A DNA stretch of 64,000 nt from Pedobacter sp. (GCA_050253415.1 JBFWJC010000007.1:67879-131878), one strand, 5' to 3'; counted from the stretch's first letter, positions 30,228 to 38,249 are shown. The notes: a model not told the origin generated them from the letters alone. Program-made: numbers and translations.

Positions 30228-30408
30228 CGAACGTCTCAATTATCTGGCCAGCCGGTTTGTAGAGCTGGATCTGGCCAAGCTGCTGCGAATCACGTTTGAG
30301 CAGTACCTGGCGGACCCCGAAGGTTGGGACATGCACGCCACCTACCTGGTGGCCGGTGGCGGGTTGAATGTCACGTTTGGGGTGCAGCGCCCCGTCGCGC
30401 TGCAGTGA
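30214..30408 (+). CDS. Small hypothetical phage protein
   Basis: Translationally coupled. ITFEQYL motif. Confidence 0.5.
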   Translation: MRMSDERLNYLASRFVELDLAKLLRITFEQYLADPEGWDMHATYLVAGGGLNVTFGVQRPVALQ

Positions 30409-30418
30409 GGAGATAAAC

Positions 30419-30673
30419 ATGTGCGATTGCAGAAAAACAATTGAAAAAAAGTTGCTAGACAAATTTCGTCAAGATGCACCCGAGGCCAAAGATCACACAT
30501 CTAAACTCACGGGATATGCCTTTATATTCGGTGAAAGTGTAATGGAAAAGGGCGTTATGCCGATAGAGCAAACGGCAAAGTTCCCCTTGAAAAAGGGTGG
30601 AATGAAAGAGAGAAAAATTAAAATCAACATGATGTTTACTTACTGCCCCTTCTGTGGCGAGAAGTACGCCTAA
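30419..30673 (+). CDS. Small Cys-motif phage protein
   Basis: MCDC...YCPFCG. RBS GAGGAG. Confidence 0.6.
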   Translation: MCDCRKTIEKKLLDKFRQDAPEAKDHTSKLTGYAFIFGESVMEKGVMPIEQTAKFPLKKGGMKERKIKINMMFTYCPFCGEKYA

Positions 30674-30701
30674 ACCATTATTTAACAGGAGATTAACGAA
30701 C

Positions 30702-31322
30702 ATGGAAATCGCCGTAAAAGAGATCTCAGCAGAAGGATACATGGAAGACTCCAAGGGGCGGCTGGTGCCGCTGTGCCGAGTCAGCCAAATAGATAAGGAA
30801 CGTGACGCCCTGGTCCGTGAAATCGTTATTCAGGCCCAGAGTGTCGCAGCTCAAGTGGCGGCCTTTAAAACCAAGGTGCTTGGCGATATCGAGGCGTTTG
30901 TGGATCTCAGCGCCGAACGTTTTGACGTCAAGCTCGGCGGCGCCAAAGGCAACGTATCGTTGCTCAGTTATGACGGCTGCTACAAGGTCCAGAGGGCAAT
31001 TGACGATTATCTGGTGTTTGATGAGCGACTGCAGATCGCCAAGGCCTTGATCGACGACTGCATCAATACCTGGTCGGAAGGCTCCCGCGAGGAGATCCGC
31101 ATGCTGATAAACGACGCCTTCCAGGTCGATCAGCAGGGCAAGGTCAACGTCAAGCGCATCCTTGGTCTGCGTCGTTTACCCATCACCGACAAGCGTTGGC
31201 TCAAGGCCATGGACGCTATCGGCGAGAGTATCCAGGTGACGGGCTCCAAAACCTATGTGCGGGTCTACGAGCGCATGGCAGACGGAAGCTTTAAGCAGAT
31301 CAGTCTCGACGTATCCAAATAA
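30702..31322 (+). CDS. DUF3164 family protein (Gam-position gene of Mu-like phages)
   Basis: GYM.DSKGRLVP, GG.KGNV.L.SYDG, FDERLQIAK.LID.C, AFQVD..G, SKTYVR.YER. Confidence 0.8.
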   Translation: MEIAVKEISAEGYMEDSKGRLVPLCRVSQIDKERDALVREIVIQAQSVAAQVAAFKTKVLGDIEAFVDLSAERFDVKLGGAKGNVSLLSYDGCYKVQRAIDDYLVFDERLQIAKALIDDCINTWSEGSREEIRMLINDAFQVDQQGKVNVKRILGLRRLPITDKRWLKAMDAIGESIQVTGSKTYVRVYERMADGSFKQISLDVSK

Positions 31323-31334
31323 CGGAGGTGGCGT

Positions 31335-31526
31335 ATGGCAGAGAATAATTTCCAAGTGCCACCGATGACCAAGAATGGCAATGCCCAAACCGAAAGCGGC
31401 AACCAGGGCCATGTGCTGATCGGCAAAGGGTGCCCGGCGCCGCGCCAGAGCCCCATGGGCGTGACCATCGGTAGAGCAACGTTTGTCTCTTTGGATCTGG
31501 TACCGCAGGAGATGGTGCAGGGTTAA
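31335..31526 (+). CDS. Small hypothetical protein
   Basis: RBS GGAGGT, in the operon. Confidence 0.45.
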   Translation: MAENNFQVPPMTKNGNAQTESGNQGHVLIGKGCPAPRQSPMGVTIGRATFVSLDLVPQEMVQG

Positions 31527-31552
31527 CCCCTCAAACGGAAAGGTAAACAGCC

Positions 31553-31735
31553 ATGAGAATTGTCGTTACCGCGTTTTGCAACCGCCCGGGTTGCCCCGTT
31601 ACAGAGTTTGTCGACCTGCGCGATAGCCTGACGTACCAGAGCATGGTCCATGAAGAACCCAAGCCGATCACGCACCTGCAGTGCCCCTGCTGCAAAGGAA
31701 TGGGCACGATCGTCAAGACGCAGGAGGTGGCCTGA
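31553..31735 (+). CDS. Small Cys-motif protein
   Basis: C....CP and CPCC motifs. Confidence 0.5.
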   Translation: MRIVVTAFCNRPGCPVTEFVDLRDSLTYQSMVHEEPKPITHLQCPCCKGMGTIVKTQEVA

Positions 31736-31737
31736 TC

Positions 31738-31905
31738 ATGAAACTTTTATCCCATTTTCACGGCATTGAATCGGTAGAGGTTTTGAAAACAGTGCTGGGT
31801 GACTACCCCGACAAGATGAAAATCTGCGACGTAAGTGGCGAACCGCTGGATCTGCGGGTTTTTGAGGACAAGCAGACCGGCGAACGAACCCTTGTTGTGG
31901 ATTGA
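31738..31905 (+). CDS. Small hypothetical protein
   Basis: RBS GGAGGT. Its stop codon abuts hammerhead 2. Confidence 0.5.
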   Translation: MKLLSHFHGIESVEVLKTVLGDYPDKMKICDVSGEPLDLRVFEDKQTGERTLVVD

Positions 31906-31988
31906 TTGCGAAACCGGACCATTTTGTTGACGTCAACAAAGTGGTCCGGTCGTCCAGGGGTGGCGCCCTGGGCCTGATGAGCAGCCAT
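31906..31988 (+). ncRNA. Type II hammerhead ribozyme 2 (predicted cleavage after C31951)
   Basis: TTGC-GAAA, long stem III (CCGGACCATTTTGTTGACGTCAACAAAGTGGTCCGG), TC, stem I (GTCCAGGG/GTGGCG/CCCTGGGC), CTGATGA-GCAG. TGGC/GCCA pseudoknot. Confidence 0.88.
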
Positions 31989-32019
31989 AGCACAGCGGGG
32001 CGATGCGCGCCTCTATTTG

Positions 32020-32057
32020 GCCGGCGGGATCATCCTCCTGACCCGCCGGCATTTTTT
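32020..32057 (+). terminator. Intrinsic terminator-like hairpin after hammerhead 2
   Basis: GCCGGCGGG...CCCGCCGGC-ATTTTTT. Confidence 0.6.
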
Positions 32058-32080
32058 AAGACTGGAGCCTGAGAGCGTCG

Positions 32081-32281
32081 ATGGCTGACAAGCACTGCGG
32101 CAATTGCAAATACACCGGATGGAAAGGCCTCACACGGTGGTGCCGCCATCCGTATCATGTGGCCCCTTTGGAAAACCCCTCCGGACACTGCAATGAATGG
32201 CTGGATGAAGAGACCAAGCACATGCCTGGCGAAGTACCAACCTGGGAGTATCCGGTTCGTTTAGCGGAGAAAAACGCGTGA
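32081..32281 (+). CDS. Small Cys-rich hypothetical protein
   Basis: HCGNCKY...WCRHP...HCNEW. Confidence 0.5.
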   Translation: MADKHCGNCKYTGWKGLTRWCRHPYHVAPLENPSGHCNEWLDEETKHMPGEVPTWEYPVRLAEKNA

Positions 32282-32574
32282 ACAAATCGAACAAAAAGCG
32301 GCAAAAGTGTACGCACATGACACCCGCCAAGCTCAAGCAGATCCGGCGCGATGTCGGTTTTGACATGCGCAGCATGGCCCGCAGTCTGGGGATGCCATAT
32401 CGCACCTATCAGGACTACGAGTACGGCAAGCGCGGTGTCTCCAAAGCGGCCGCCGATGCCGTCCGTGATTTGTGGCGGCGCGATCGTGCGTTTATGAAAA
32501 AGTTTCGTCGGGAGATGTTGGCCGATATCGATCGGGCGTTTCCCGGCGGCATACCCTCGGAGGTGAGCGAGTGA
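32278..32574 (+). CDS. XRE-family HTH protein
   Basis: LKQIRR..G.....MA..LG...RTYQDYEYGKR. Confidence 0.75.
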   Translation: MNKSNKKRQKCTHMTPAKLKQIRRDVGFDMRSMARSLGMPYRTYQDYEYGKRGVSKAAADAVRDLWRRDRAFMKKFRREMLADIDRAFPGGIPSEVSE

Positions 32575-32981
32575 CTAAGGATGATTGGGCGAAGGTTGAG
32601 AAGGCGCTGAGCGGGACGTACGGCTACGCGATAATCCAGGCGGACGGGCGGAGGGTCACCTTTCAGCGGTGTATGGTGGGGGAAAACAGGTTAGGGATCC
32701 GAACCTATATTGACGGCACCATGGACGGCGCATGGATGATGCCGAAGAACGAATGCCCCGAACGCGTATATCTGCGGCCGGACAGCCGATATATCCATAG
32801 TCCTAAACAGCGGGCAAAGTTGAAGAAGCTCACCAAGCGGGTGCTCAAGGAGATGGGGGATTATTGGAACCCTGACGCAAAATACCTAATTTACAACCCT
32901 TCATGGCCCAACGCCACAGCGATCCGCAGGCACTACCAGAAGACGTTCGAGAGCATCGAACTGATCGAGGTGGTTGGATAG
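32571..32981 (+). CDS. Hypothetical phage protein
   Basis: GTGA overlap with the upstream gene. Protein-like composition. Confidence 0.6.
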   Translation: MTKDDWAKVEKALSGTYGYAIIQADGRRVTFQRCMVGENRLGIRTYIDGTMDGAWMMPKNECPERVYLRPDSRYIHSPKQRAKLKKLTKRVLKEMGDYWNPDAKYLIYNPSWPNATAIRRHYQKTFESIELIEVVG

Positions 32982-33034
32982 GCAAGAACCTTGTCTCACG
33001 CGAAGCCGCAAAGGCGCGAAGAAAGGCATGAATC

Positions 33035-33493
33035 ATGGCTAAAACATACCCAGACCACCGCCGTGCTGAGCTGGCGAAGATCCACATCGCAAAAAAAGAC
33101 CTCGGCATGACCGATGATGATTATACCACCATGCTGATGGCGATCACCGACAAGACCTCCGCTGGCGATATCACCGCCCGGCAGCGCCAGGAAGTGCTTG
33201 AGCACCTGGTCAGTTTGGGATTCAAAAACGACCGCAAGCGCGGTCGGCCTGCCAACATGGAGCGCAAGCCCAGCCAGGCAGAGGAACAGGTAAGCCGCGC
33301 CAAGCAGCTGGAGAAGATCGAGGCGCTGCTGACCGTCGGAGAAAAGCCCTGGGGTTACGCTGACGCTCTGGCTGCACGGATCTGCAAGGTCGATCGGGTG
33401 GCCTGGGTGGCTACCGTCGATCTGTATAAGATCATCACCGCGCTGCGCAAGCAGGCGAAGCGTGAGGGGTGGGATTTGAGTGGGGAGGAGTAA
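33035..33493 (+). CDS. gemA: GemA / Mu gp16-like protein (DUF1018)
   Basis: LAKIHIAKKDLG..DD.Y..ML...T.K.SA..., KIEALL. Confidence 0.85.
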   Translation: MAKTYPDHRRAELAKIHIAKKDLGMTDDDYTTMLMAITDKTSAGDITARQRQEVLEHLVSLGFKNDRKRGRPANMERKPSQAEEQVSRAKQLEKIEALLTVGEKPWGYADALAARICKVDRVAWVATVDLYKIITALRKQAKREGWDLSGEE

Positions 33494-33732
33494 TGGCAAA
33501 GATTGAAGTGAAATACCGGTGTAGCGAATGCGGTGAGATCCACGACACCGGCAGAGAAGCCGTGGAATGCTGTACTCCGGAGGTCTTCGAAGTTTATATC
33601 TGTCCCACATGTGGTGAGGGCCATGACGACGAGGATGAGGCCCGTGAATGCTGTGCCAGCGAGGCCGCTGGAGCGGATGGCAGCATTGACTATCATGCGT
33701 TGGAGCTGGCAGGCCAGCAACGGTTGTTTTGA
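33493..33732 (+). CDS. Small zinc-finger-like protein
   Basis: Two repeats Y.C..CGE.HD...A.ECC. Confidence 0.65.
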   Translation: MAKIEVKYRCSECGEIHDTGREAVECCTPEVFEVYICPTCGEGHDDEDEARECCASEAAGADGSIDYHALELAGQQRLF

Positions 33733-33742
33733 CGGAGGGGCT

Positions 33743-33934
33743 ATGGCCACCTGCAACGGGTTAACAATCAGTTGTTTGATAAGCACCAGCGTCGATGATT
33801 GCCGAAGTTCCCTGCAAATTATTGACAACATACCGTTTTTGCTGGAGTTGCTGGCCAGGTGCGAACGCTGTGAGCACCATACCAGGGCCCAGGTGGTGCG
33901 GCGGCGGATCAGGCAGATTGAAAAGAGGAAATGA
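33743..33934 (+). CDS. Small hypothetical protein
   Basis: RBS GGAGG. Confidence 0.5.
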   Translation: MATCNGLTISCLISTSVDDCRSSLQIIDNIPFLLELLARCERCEHHTRAQVVRRRIRQIEKRK

Positions 33935-34009
33935 GTCGATCGGCTAAAGCCGTTTTTTCTGATAGTGGCTGTGCTGGTCTACGATCAGAAGAGGTGACTG
34001 TAGAGATGA

Positions 34010-34252
34010 TCATGATATTCCGGCAACCAAAAGTCCATTTTCAAGTTGCTCAAGCTTATCCTTAGTCGCTTGCCAAAGCACGCCATCGATTGCGTCTTTC
34101 TTGCCCACAAAGTAATCGGTCGGAATTTCGGCTTCGACTATGTCAAAAATTTCGATGATTGGAGATCCAACGGGGAAGAAATGGAATACACATTCGCGCT
34201 TAACGATGTTGCCAGTAAAAACAATGTCTTTCTCCGTAATCTTAGCATTCAT
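34010..34252 (-). CDS. Small AT-rich antisense moron gene
   Basis: RBS AAGGAG, low GC, opposite strand to its neighbours. Confidence 0.55.
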   Translation of the reverse strand: MNAKITEKDIVFTGNIVKRECVFHFFPVGSPIIEIFDIVEAEIPTDYFVGKKDAIDGVLWQATKDKLEQLENGLLVAGIS

Positions 34253-34387
34253 AGTTTAACTCCTTTTTATTCGGGTTTGGATCAACAAAACAAAATATCG
34301 GGCGCCTGTCAACCATCTTTGAATACAAAAATACCTGTGTTGTCAGTGGGTTAACAAATATTCTGCATTTTTTTGAAAGCATCCACC

Positions 34388-35272
34388 ATGAACCTCACCT
34401 GCCCCTGCTGCCACGCAAAATATCCCCTGGAGGCCGCGCTCGATGGCGAGGCGGCCGGCGAGCTGCAACTGATCCTCGCCCAGGCCGGCCCGCTGGCCCG
34501 GCCGCTGATCGCCTACCTCGGATTGTTCCGCAGCCGAACCCGTGCGCTGTCTTTCGACCGTGCGGTACGCCTGGCCGGTGAGGCTCTGGCATTGACTGCC
34601 GATCGGCAGCAACTGGCCGTTGCGTTGGCCGAGACGATCGAAGCACTACGCGCCAAGCGAGACCAGGGCCAGGTCGAGCCATTAACAGGTCACGGCTATT
34701 TGAAGAAGGTTTTGAAAACCGTAGGGGCAAGCCTTGCGTCTGCCCAGATCGGGCACCCACAAGGGGTGCCCCTACAGGACCCGGACGGCCCGCCGCGTGG
34801 CAAACGTGCCCAGGCTATTGCCTCCCTGGCTGATTGGGGCCAGGGTGACTGGCTGCGCGGGTTGATCGCCGATGGCCTGGCTGCCCTGGTCTGCCTGGGA
34901 CTCGACAGTTCGCCTGGTGCGGACGTGATCTGCCGTACCGCCGATGTCTGGTATCATGTGATGGCCGCAAGCTGCAGCGTTGAGACGCTTGATTCAACAC
35001 GGGTTAAAGCGGCCTTTTCAGGGCTTTTAAAGGACGTTGAAAAATGGCCGGAGCCCAAGGCGATCTGGGCGCACATGGCGTGTCGGCCACAGCAGGATCG
35101 CCTGCCGGAACCGCCCCGGTCAGAGGATGCCTGTCAGTTGGCCCTCAAAGGCCTTGCACAGATGCGCCAGCGGGTTGCTGGCTGTATGGGATTGCCCAGC
35201 GCGGAGCTTGATGAAGAGGCCCGCCGCAAGCAGCTGCACCAGCAGGCCCGACAACTGGCCGAGGAGAATTGA
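34388..35272 (+). CDS. Conserved Mu-like hypothetical protein
   Basis: MNLTCPCC...PLEA, YLGLFR...RALS, PL.GHGYLKKV, WPEP. Confidence 0.7.
   Translation: MNLTCPCCHAKYPLEAALDGEAAGELQLILAQAGPLARPLIAYLGLFRSRTRALSFDRAVRLAGEALALTADRQQLAVALAETIEALRAKRDQGQVEPLTGHGYLKKVLKTVGASLASAQIGHPQGVPLQDPDGPPRGKRAQAIASLADWGQGDWLRGLIADGLAALVCLGLDSSPGADVICRTADVWYHVMAASCSVETLDSTRVKAAFSGLLKDVEKWPEPKAIWAHMACRPQQDRLPEPPRSEDACQLALKGLAQMRQRVAGCMGLPSAELDEEARRKQLHQQARQLAEEN
34721..34775. repeat. GTAG-type REP doublet (REPIN-like) inside a CDS
   Basis: GTAGGGGCAAGCCTTGCGTCTGCCC-AGATC-GGGCACCCACAAGGGGTGCCCCTAC: two inverted 25-nt GTAG-hairpin units. Confidence 0.75.
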
Positions 35273-35589
35273 TGATCCCCGTTGAGGTTGCAGAAGAGCG
35301 CTTGGTCGGCATGCTGCGTGCGGCCGGCTTATCGAAAAAAGCCAGTTATGCCCCGGGCGAGGTGCAAGCCATGCTTGCGATCTCTGATCGTACTTTCTGG
35401 CGGTTGGTTGCCGCCTACGAGCGCGATCCGGATACCGGTCAGCCACTCAGCCCCTGTAGTCTTGATTCCTTTATGCTGCGCCGTTCACGGCGCGTTCGTT
35501 TTGATGAGCTGGTGGAGTTTCTCCAGAGGAACAACACGTATGAGCGGGTGAATGGGGTTGATCCGAGGCAGATGGGGTTGTTTGGGTAG
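35269..35589 (+). CDS. Xis/MerR-like winged-HTH protein, candidate late-gene activator
   Basis: SY.PGEV..ML.IS.RTFWRL...RRVRFDEL.EFL. Occupies the Mor/C position before the lysis genes. Confidence 0.65.
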   Translation: MMIPVEVAEERLVGMLRAAGLSKKASYAPGEVQAMLAISDRTFWRLVAAYERDPDTGQPLSPCSLDSFMLRRSRRVRFDELVEFLQRNNTYERVNGVDPRQMGLFG

Positions 35590-35672
35590 GAGCATTGCTT
35601 ACCGAAGAACCCATACTTCGGCTATGAAAAACCTATGGATAATTTTACACTAAAAAATAGAGGAAAAAGTGG

Positions 35673-35701
35673 TTGACAATCTTGGATAAAAAGAATAAGT
35701 T
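35673..35701 (+). promoter_or_regulatory. Sigma70 promoter of the XRE-ImmA cassette
   Basis: TTGACA, 17 bp, TAAGTT. Confidence 0.7.
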
Positions 35702-35777
35702 ACTCCAAGGGTTGGCGTAAAATTTAATGAAGTTCGATATCCTGCTTATCTCAGGAGGATACCAAAAGGAGGCCGTT

Positions 35778-36146
35778 ATGGCAGAACGTTTCGGGCAAAT
35801 TTTGAGGAAGGCTCGGAAACAGACAAGGAAAACGTTGCGGGAACTGTCTGATGCTTCGGGCCTGGCAATCAGCTACATCTCAGACATTGAGCACGGAAGA
35901 AAAAATCCACCTCGAAGTGAGGCAATTCGCAAAATGCAGGATGTTCTCAATATATCTGGGAATATTCTTATTGACGCAGCAAATCGTGAATTGAAAGTAA
36001 GTAAAGAAATTGATGTAAACATGAAAAACCTCATCAACAAGCGACCAGCGTTGAGTGTTCTGAGTTTGCTGCGGGTAACTGCTGACATGGATGAGGACGA
36101 GTTTAGCCTGCTTGTCAATAGCCTTGAAAAGCGAAAGGAGCTCTAA
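35778..36146 (+). CDS. XRE-family HTH regulator
   Basis: RBS AGGAGG. FGQILRKARK....TLRELS...G...SYISDIEHGRKNPP. Confidence 0.88.
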   Translation: MAERFGQILRKARKQTRKTLRELSDASGLAISYISDIEHGRKNPPRSEAIRKMQDVLNISGNILIDAANRELKVSKEIDVNMKNLINKRPALSVLSLLRVTADMDEDEFSLLVNSLEKRKEL

Positions 36147-36150
36147 ATTT

Positions 36151-36744
36151 GTGAGTAAAGTGAATTTGGTTTTTGAAGGCATGAAAGGGAGGGATATAGA
36201 TCGTCTTGCTGAGGCTGTAATTCAAAAATTTCAGCCGGAGGTATTGACGGGGAAATGCCCTTTTGATATCGAGCAGTTTGCTGAGTTTGACCTAGAGGAT
36301 GGGTATGGGTTTACCTACCACGTGTCAGATGAGTTACCTCACGGGATTTTCGGCGTGACAGATTGCACCGAGAGGAAAGTCTGGATCCATGAAGATTTGA
36401 CAGCACCAGAGAACATCAGGCTTCTTCGCTCAACTGCTGCACACGAAACCGGGCATTGTATTATTCATGCTCCACAAATCGACCGAGCCGGGGCACTTCA
36501 GGTTTTTCGGCAGAAAAAAGAGAGTGGATCCCCGAAACTGTATCGTAAAGACGATGTACCAATTTACAGAAATCCGGAGTGGCAAGCTCATCGGTTTGCT
36601 GGGGCGTTATTGATGCCAGCAAGTATTGTTAATCAGTTAGTACGTAATGGCGCTGGTTTATATGATCTCGTAGAAAAATTTGATGTTCACCCAGCATTTG
36701 TTAGGAGTCGCCTACGCGCACTGAAAATTTTGATAAAAAATTAA
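36151..36744 (+). CDS. ImmA/IrrE family zinc metallopeptidase
   Basis: RSTAAHETGHCIIH (HExxH) and EWQAHRFAGALLMP. AAGGAG RBS before GTG 36151. Confidence 0.9.
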   Translation: MSKVNLVFEGMKGRDIDRLAEAVIQKFQPEVLTGKCPFDIEQFAEFDLEDGYGFTYHVSDELPHGIFGVTDCTERKVWIHEDLTAPENIRLLRSTAAHETGHCIIHAPQIDRAGALQVFRQKKESGSPKLYRKDDVPIYRNPEWQAHRFAGALLMPASIVNQLVRNGAGLYDLVEKFDVHPAFVRSRLRALKILIKN

Positions 36745-36858
36745 ACCCATTCGTTGTTGGCGCAACGAATGGGTTTCCCGACTTGGCAAGGTCGGGCCAG
36801 CTTGTAGCTGCAAAATCTACCGCTCAGTATACCAATAAGGCGGACGCTCTTCAAGCTG
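36743..36858 (+). ncRNA. Structured RNA leader (candidate cis-regulatory element)
   Basis: 14-bp perfect hairpin at 36743-36776, hairpin CCCGACTT-GGCA-AGGTCGGG at 36777-36796, and CAGCTTG/CAAGCTG closing a multi-stem at 36798-36858. Confidence 0.55.
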
Positions 36859-36891
36859 AAAAAATCATTTGCCAGACTGGAGGTGGTTTTT

Positions 36892-37023
36892 ATGGCAAGA
36901 AGAGCGTATCCTTCGAACCCCAGAAAGCGGGTCATTTTCCGGCGCTATCGGAAATTGAAAAATGGTACTGTCCTTGACGCACACGACTATGGTCTCAAGG
37001 CCTGGCCGATTCATCTCGGTTAA
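36892..37023 (+). CDS. 43-aa basic peptide, not in the ORF track
   Basis: GGAGGT RBS at 36879-36884. MARRAYPSNPRKRVIFRRYRKLKNGTVLDAHDYGLKAWPIHLG. Terminator immediately after. Confidence 0.7.
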   Translation: MARRAYPSNPRKRVIFRRYRKLKNGTVLDAHDYGLKAWPIHLG

Positions 37024-37034
37024 CTTTCAACCTT

Positions 37035-37062
37035 GCCCCTCCCTCACAGGAGGGGCTTTTTT
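37035..37062 (+). terminator. Intrinsic terminator
   Basis: GCCCCTCC-CTCACA-GGAGGGGC-TTTTTT. Confidence 0.85.
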
Positions 37063-37091
37063 GTTTGTTCGTTTTCTGATATTTTCCTTCC

Positions 37092-37472
37092 ATGAAGATC
37101 TCTCTCATGGTTATCCTTTTCTTAAAGCTTTTGTTTCCAAGTATGACTTACGCCAAACACCTTAAGCCAGAGCGAGCATACCAGGAACAATGGTGTTCTG
37201 AGGCTCAAGGTGTGACGGAATACCTCTTACCAGACCGCACTCGCGTGGATTGTCTGACCTCTACCCATGCTATCGAGTTTGATTTTGCCGCAAAATGGGC
37301 CGAAGCCATTGGACAATCTCTTTACTATGGTTCCTGTACAGACAAAACACCTGGTGTTGTTCTCATTCTCGAATACCCTTCCGACAAGCGTTACTTAGAT
37401 CGTCTCCAACCTATTGCCACACAACATGGCATTACTCTCTGGATCATCCAAGCTTATCCTGCAAATCCTTAA
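37092..37472 (+). CDS. Exported protein with PD-(D/E)xK-like motifs
   Basis: Signal peptide, E..YQ..WC, LPDRTRVDCLT, AIEFDF..KWAEAIGQSLYY. Confidence 0.6.
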   Translation: MKISLMVILFLKLLFPSMTYAKHLKPERAYQEQWCSEAQGVTEYLLPDRTRVDCLTSTHAIEFDFAAKWAEAIGQSLYYGSCTDKTPGVVLILEYPSDKRYLDRLQPIATQHGITLWIIQAYPANP

Positions 37473-37475
37473 TAT

Positions 37476-37529
37476 CCCTGCCAAACCCTGACAAACCACC
37501 ACGCTAAATCCATCAACTTTCCATATGCT
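37476..37529 (+). promoter_or_regulatory. Candidate activator-dependent late (lysis) promoter
   Basis: Tandem 10-bp repeats CCCTGCCAAA/CCCTGACAAA (37476-37495), a -10-like TATGCT (37524-37529), and no -35 consensus. Confidence 0.5.
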
Positions 37530-37637
37530 CATATCTGTCAGCACCGACGTGTCATGCGTCGCTGTTCATCCTTTTGATTAGGGGCAGACCATGGTGGTCT
37601 GCCTCGCCCATACCCGCCCGCAATACACGGAGCTGCC

Positions 37638-38228
37638 ATGGAGCAGGCTGTTTTTGAATCGGCCATCACCTTCACTTTGCAACAAGAAGGCGGCGGCAAG
37701 ATGTCGATGGACCCAGACGATCCGGGCAACTGGACCGGCGGTGTCGTGGGGATCGGTGAACTCAAGGGCACCAAGTATGGCATCTCGGCGGCCGCCTTTC
37801 CTTGGGTTGATATCCAACGTTTAACCCTCCCAGCCGCCATCGAGCTTTATCGGGAGCATTACTGGAAACCCTGCGGAGCCTGGCGTATTGCAGCAGACAC
37901 TCCGGATCTGGCTTGCCGGTTGTTTGACCTGGCCGTCAACTGCGGCACCGGTACCGCCGCGCGCATGTTGCAGCGGGCCGCTAATGTTGTTTGCACCGGA
38001 GAAATCGCGCCTCAGCGTCGGGCTAACTGGCGGCAGAAGATCGCTACGATACTCGGCAAGGGCACCCTGCGGGTGGACGGCATCATCGGCGCGATCACGG
38101 CCTCGGTGATCGGTGTCTGCCCCTACAAGAAAGCCTTGCTGATCGCCCTGAAAGGCGAAGCCTATAACCACTACCGCACCGGCAAGCCGCTGTACATCCC
38201 AGGCTGGCTGCAGCGGTTGGGATCCTAA
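37638..38228 (+). CDS. Endolysin, glycoside hydrolase family 108
   Basis: EGG....DPDDPGNWTGG...GTKYGIS, Y..HYW, FD.AVNCG, VDGIIG..T, GW..RL. Confidence 0.9.
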   Translation: MEQAVFESAITFTLQQEGGGKMSMDPDDPGNWTGGVVGIGELKGTKYGISAAAFPWVDIQRLTLPAAIELYREHYWKPCGAWRIAADTPDLACRLFDLAVNCGTGTAARMLQRAANVVCTGEIAPQRRANWRQKIATILGKGTLRVDGIIGAITASVIGVCPYKKALLIALKGEAYNHYRTGKPLYIPGWLQRLGS

Positions 38229-38249
38229 CCCTTCAACTTGGAGAGCCCC

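Noticed and set aside
32997..33021. Short CGCGAAG/CGCAAAG triplet repeat before gemA
   Set aside because: Resembles one arm of a dispersed repeat, but it is too short and has no partner arm, so no call is supported.
36783..36977. 64-aa ORF from the track
   Set aside because: TTG start inside a hairpin with no RBS. The overlapping 36892-37023 frame has a strong RBS and ends at the terminator.
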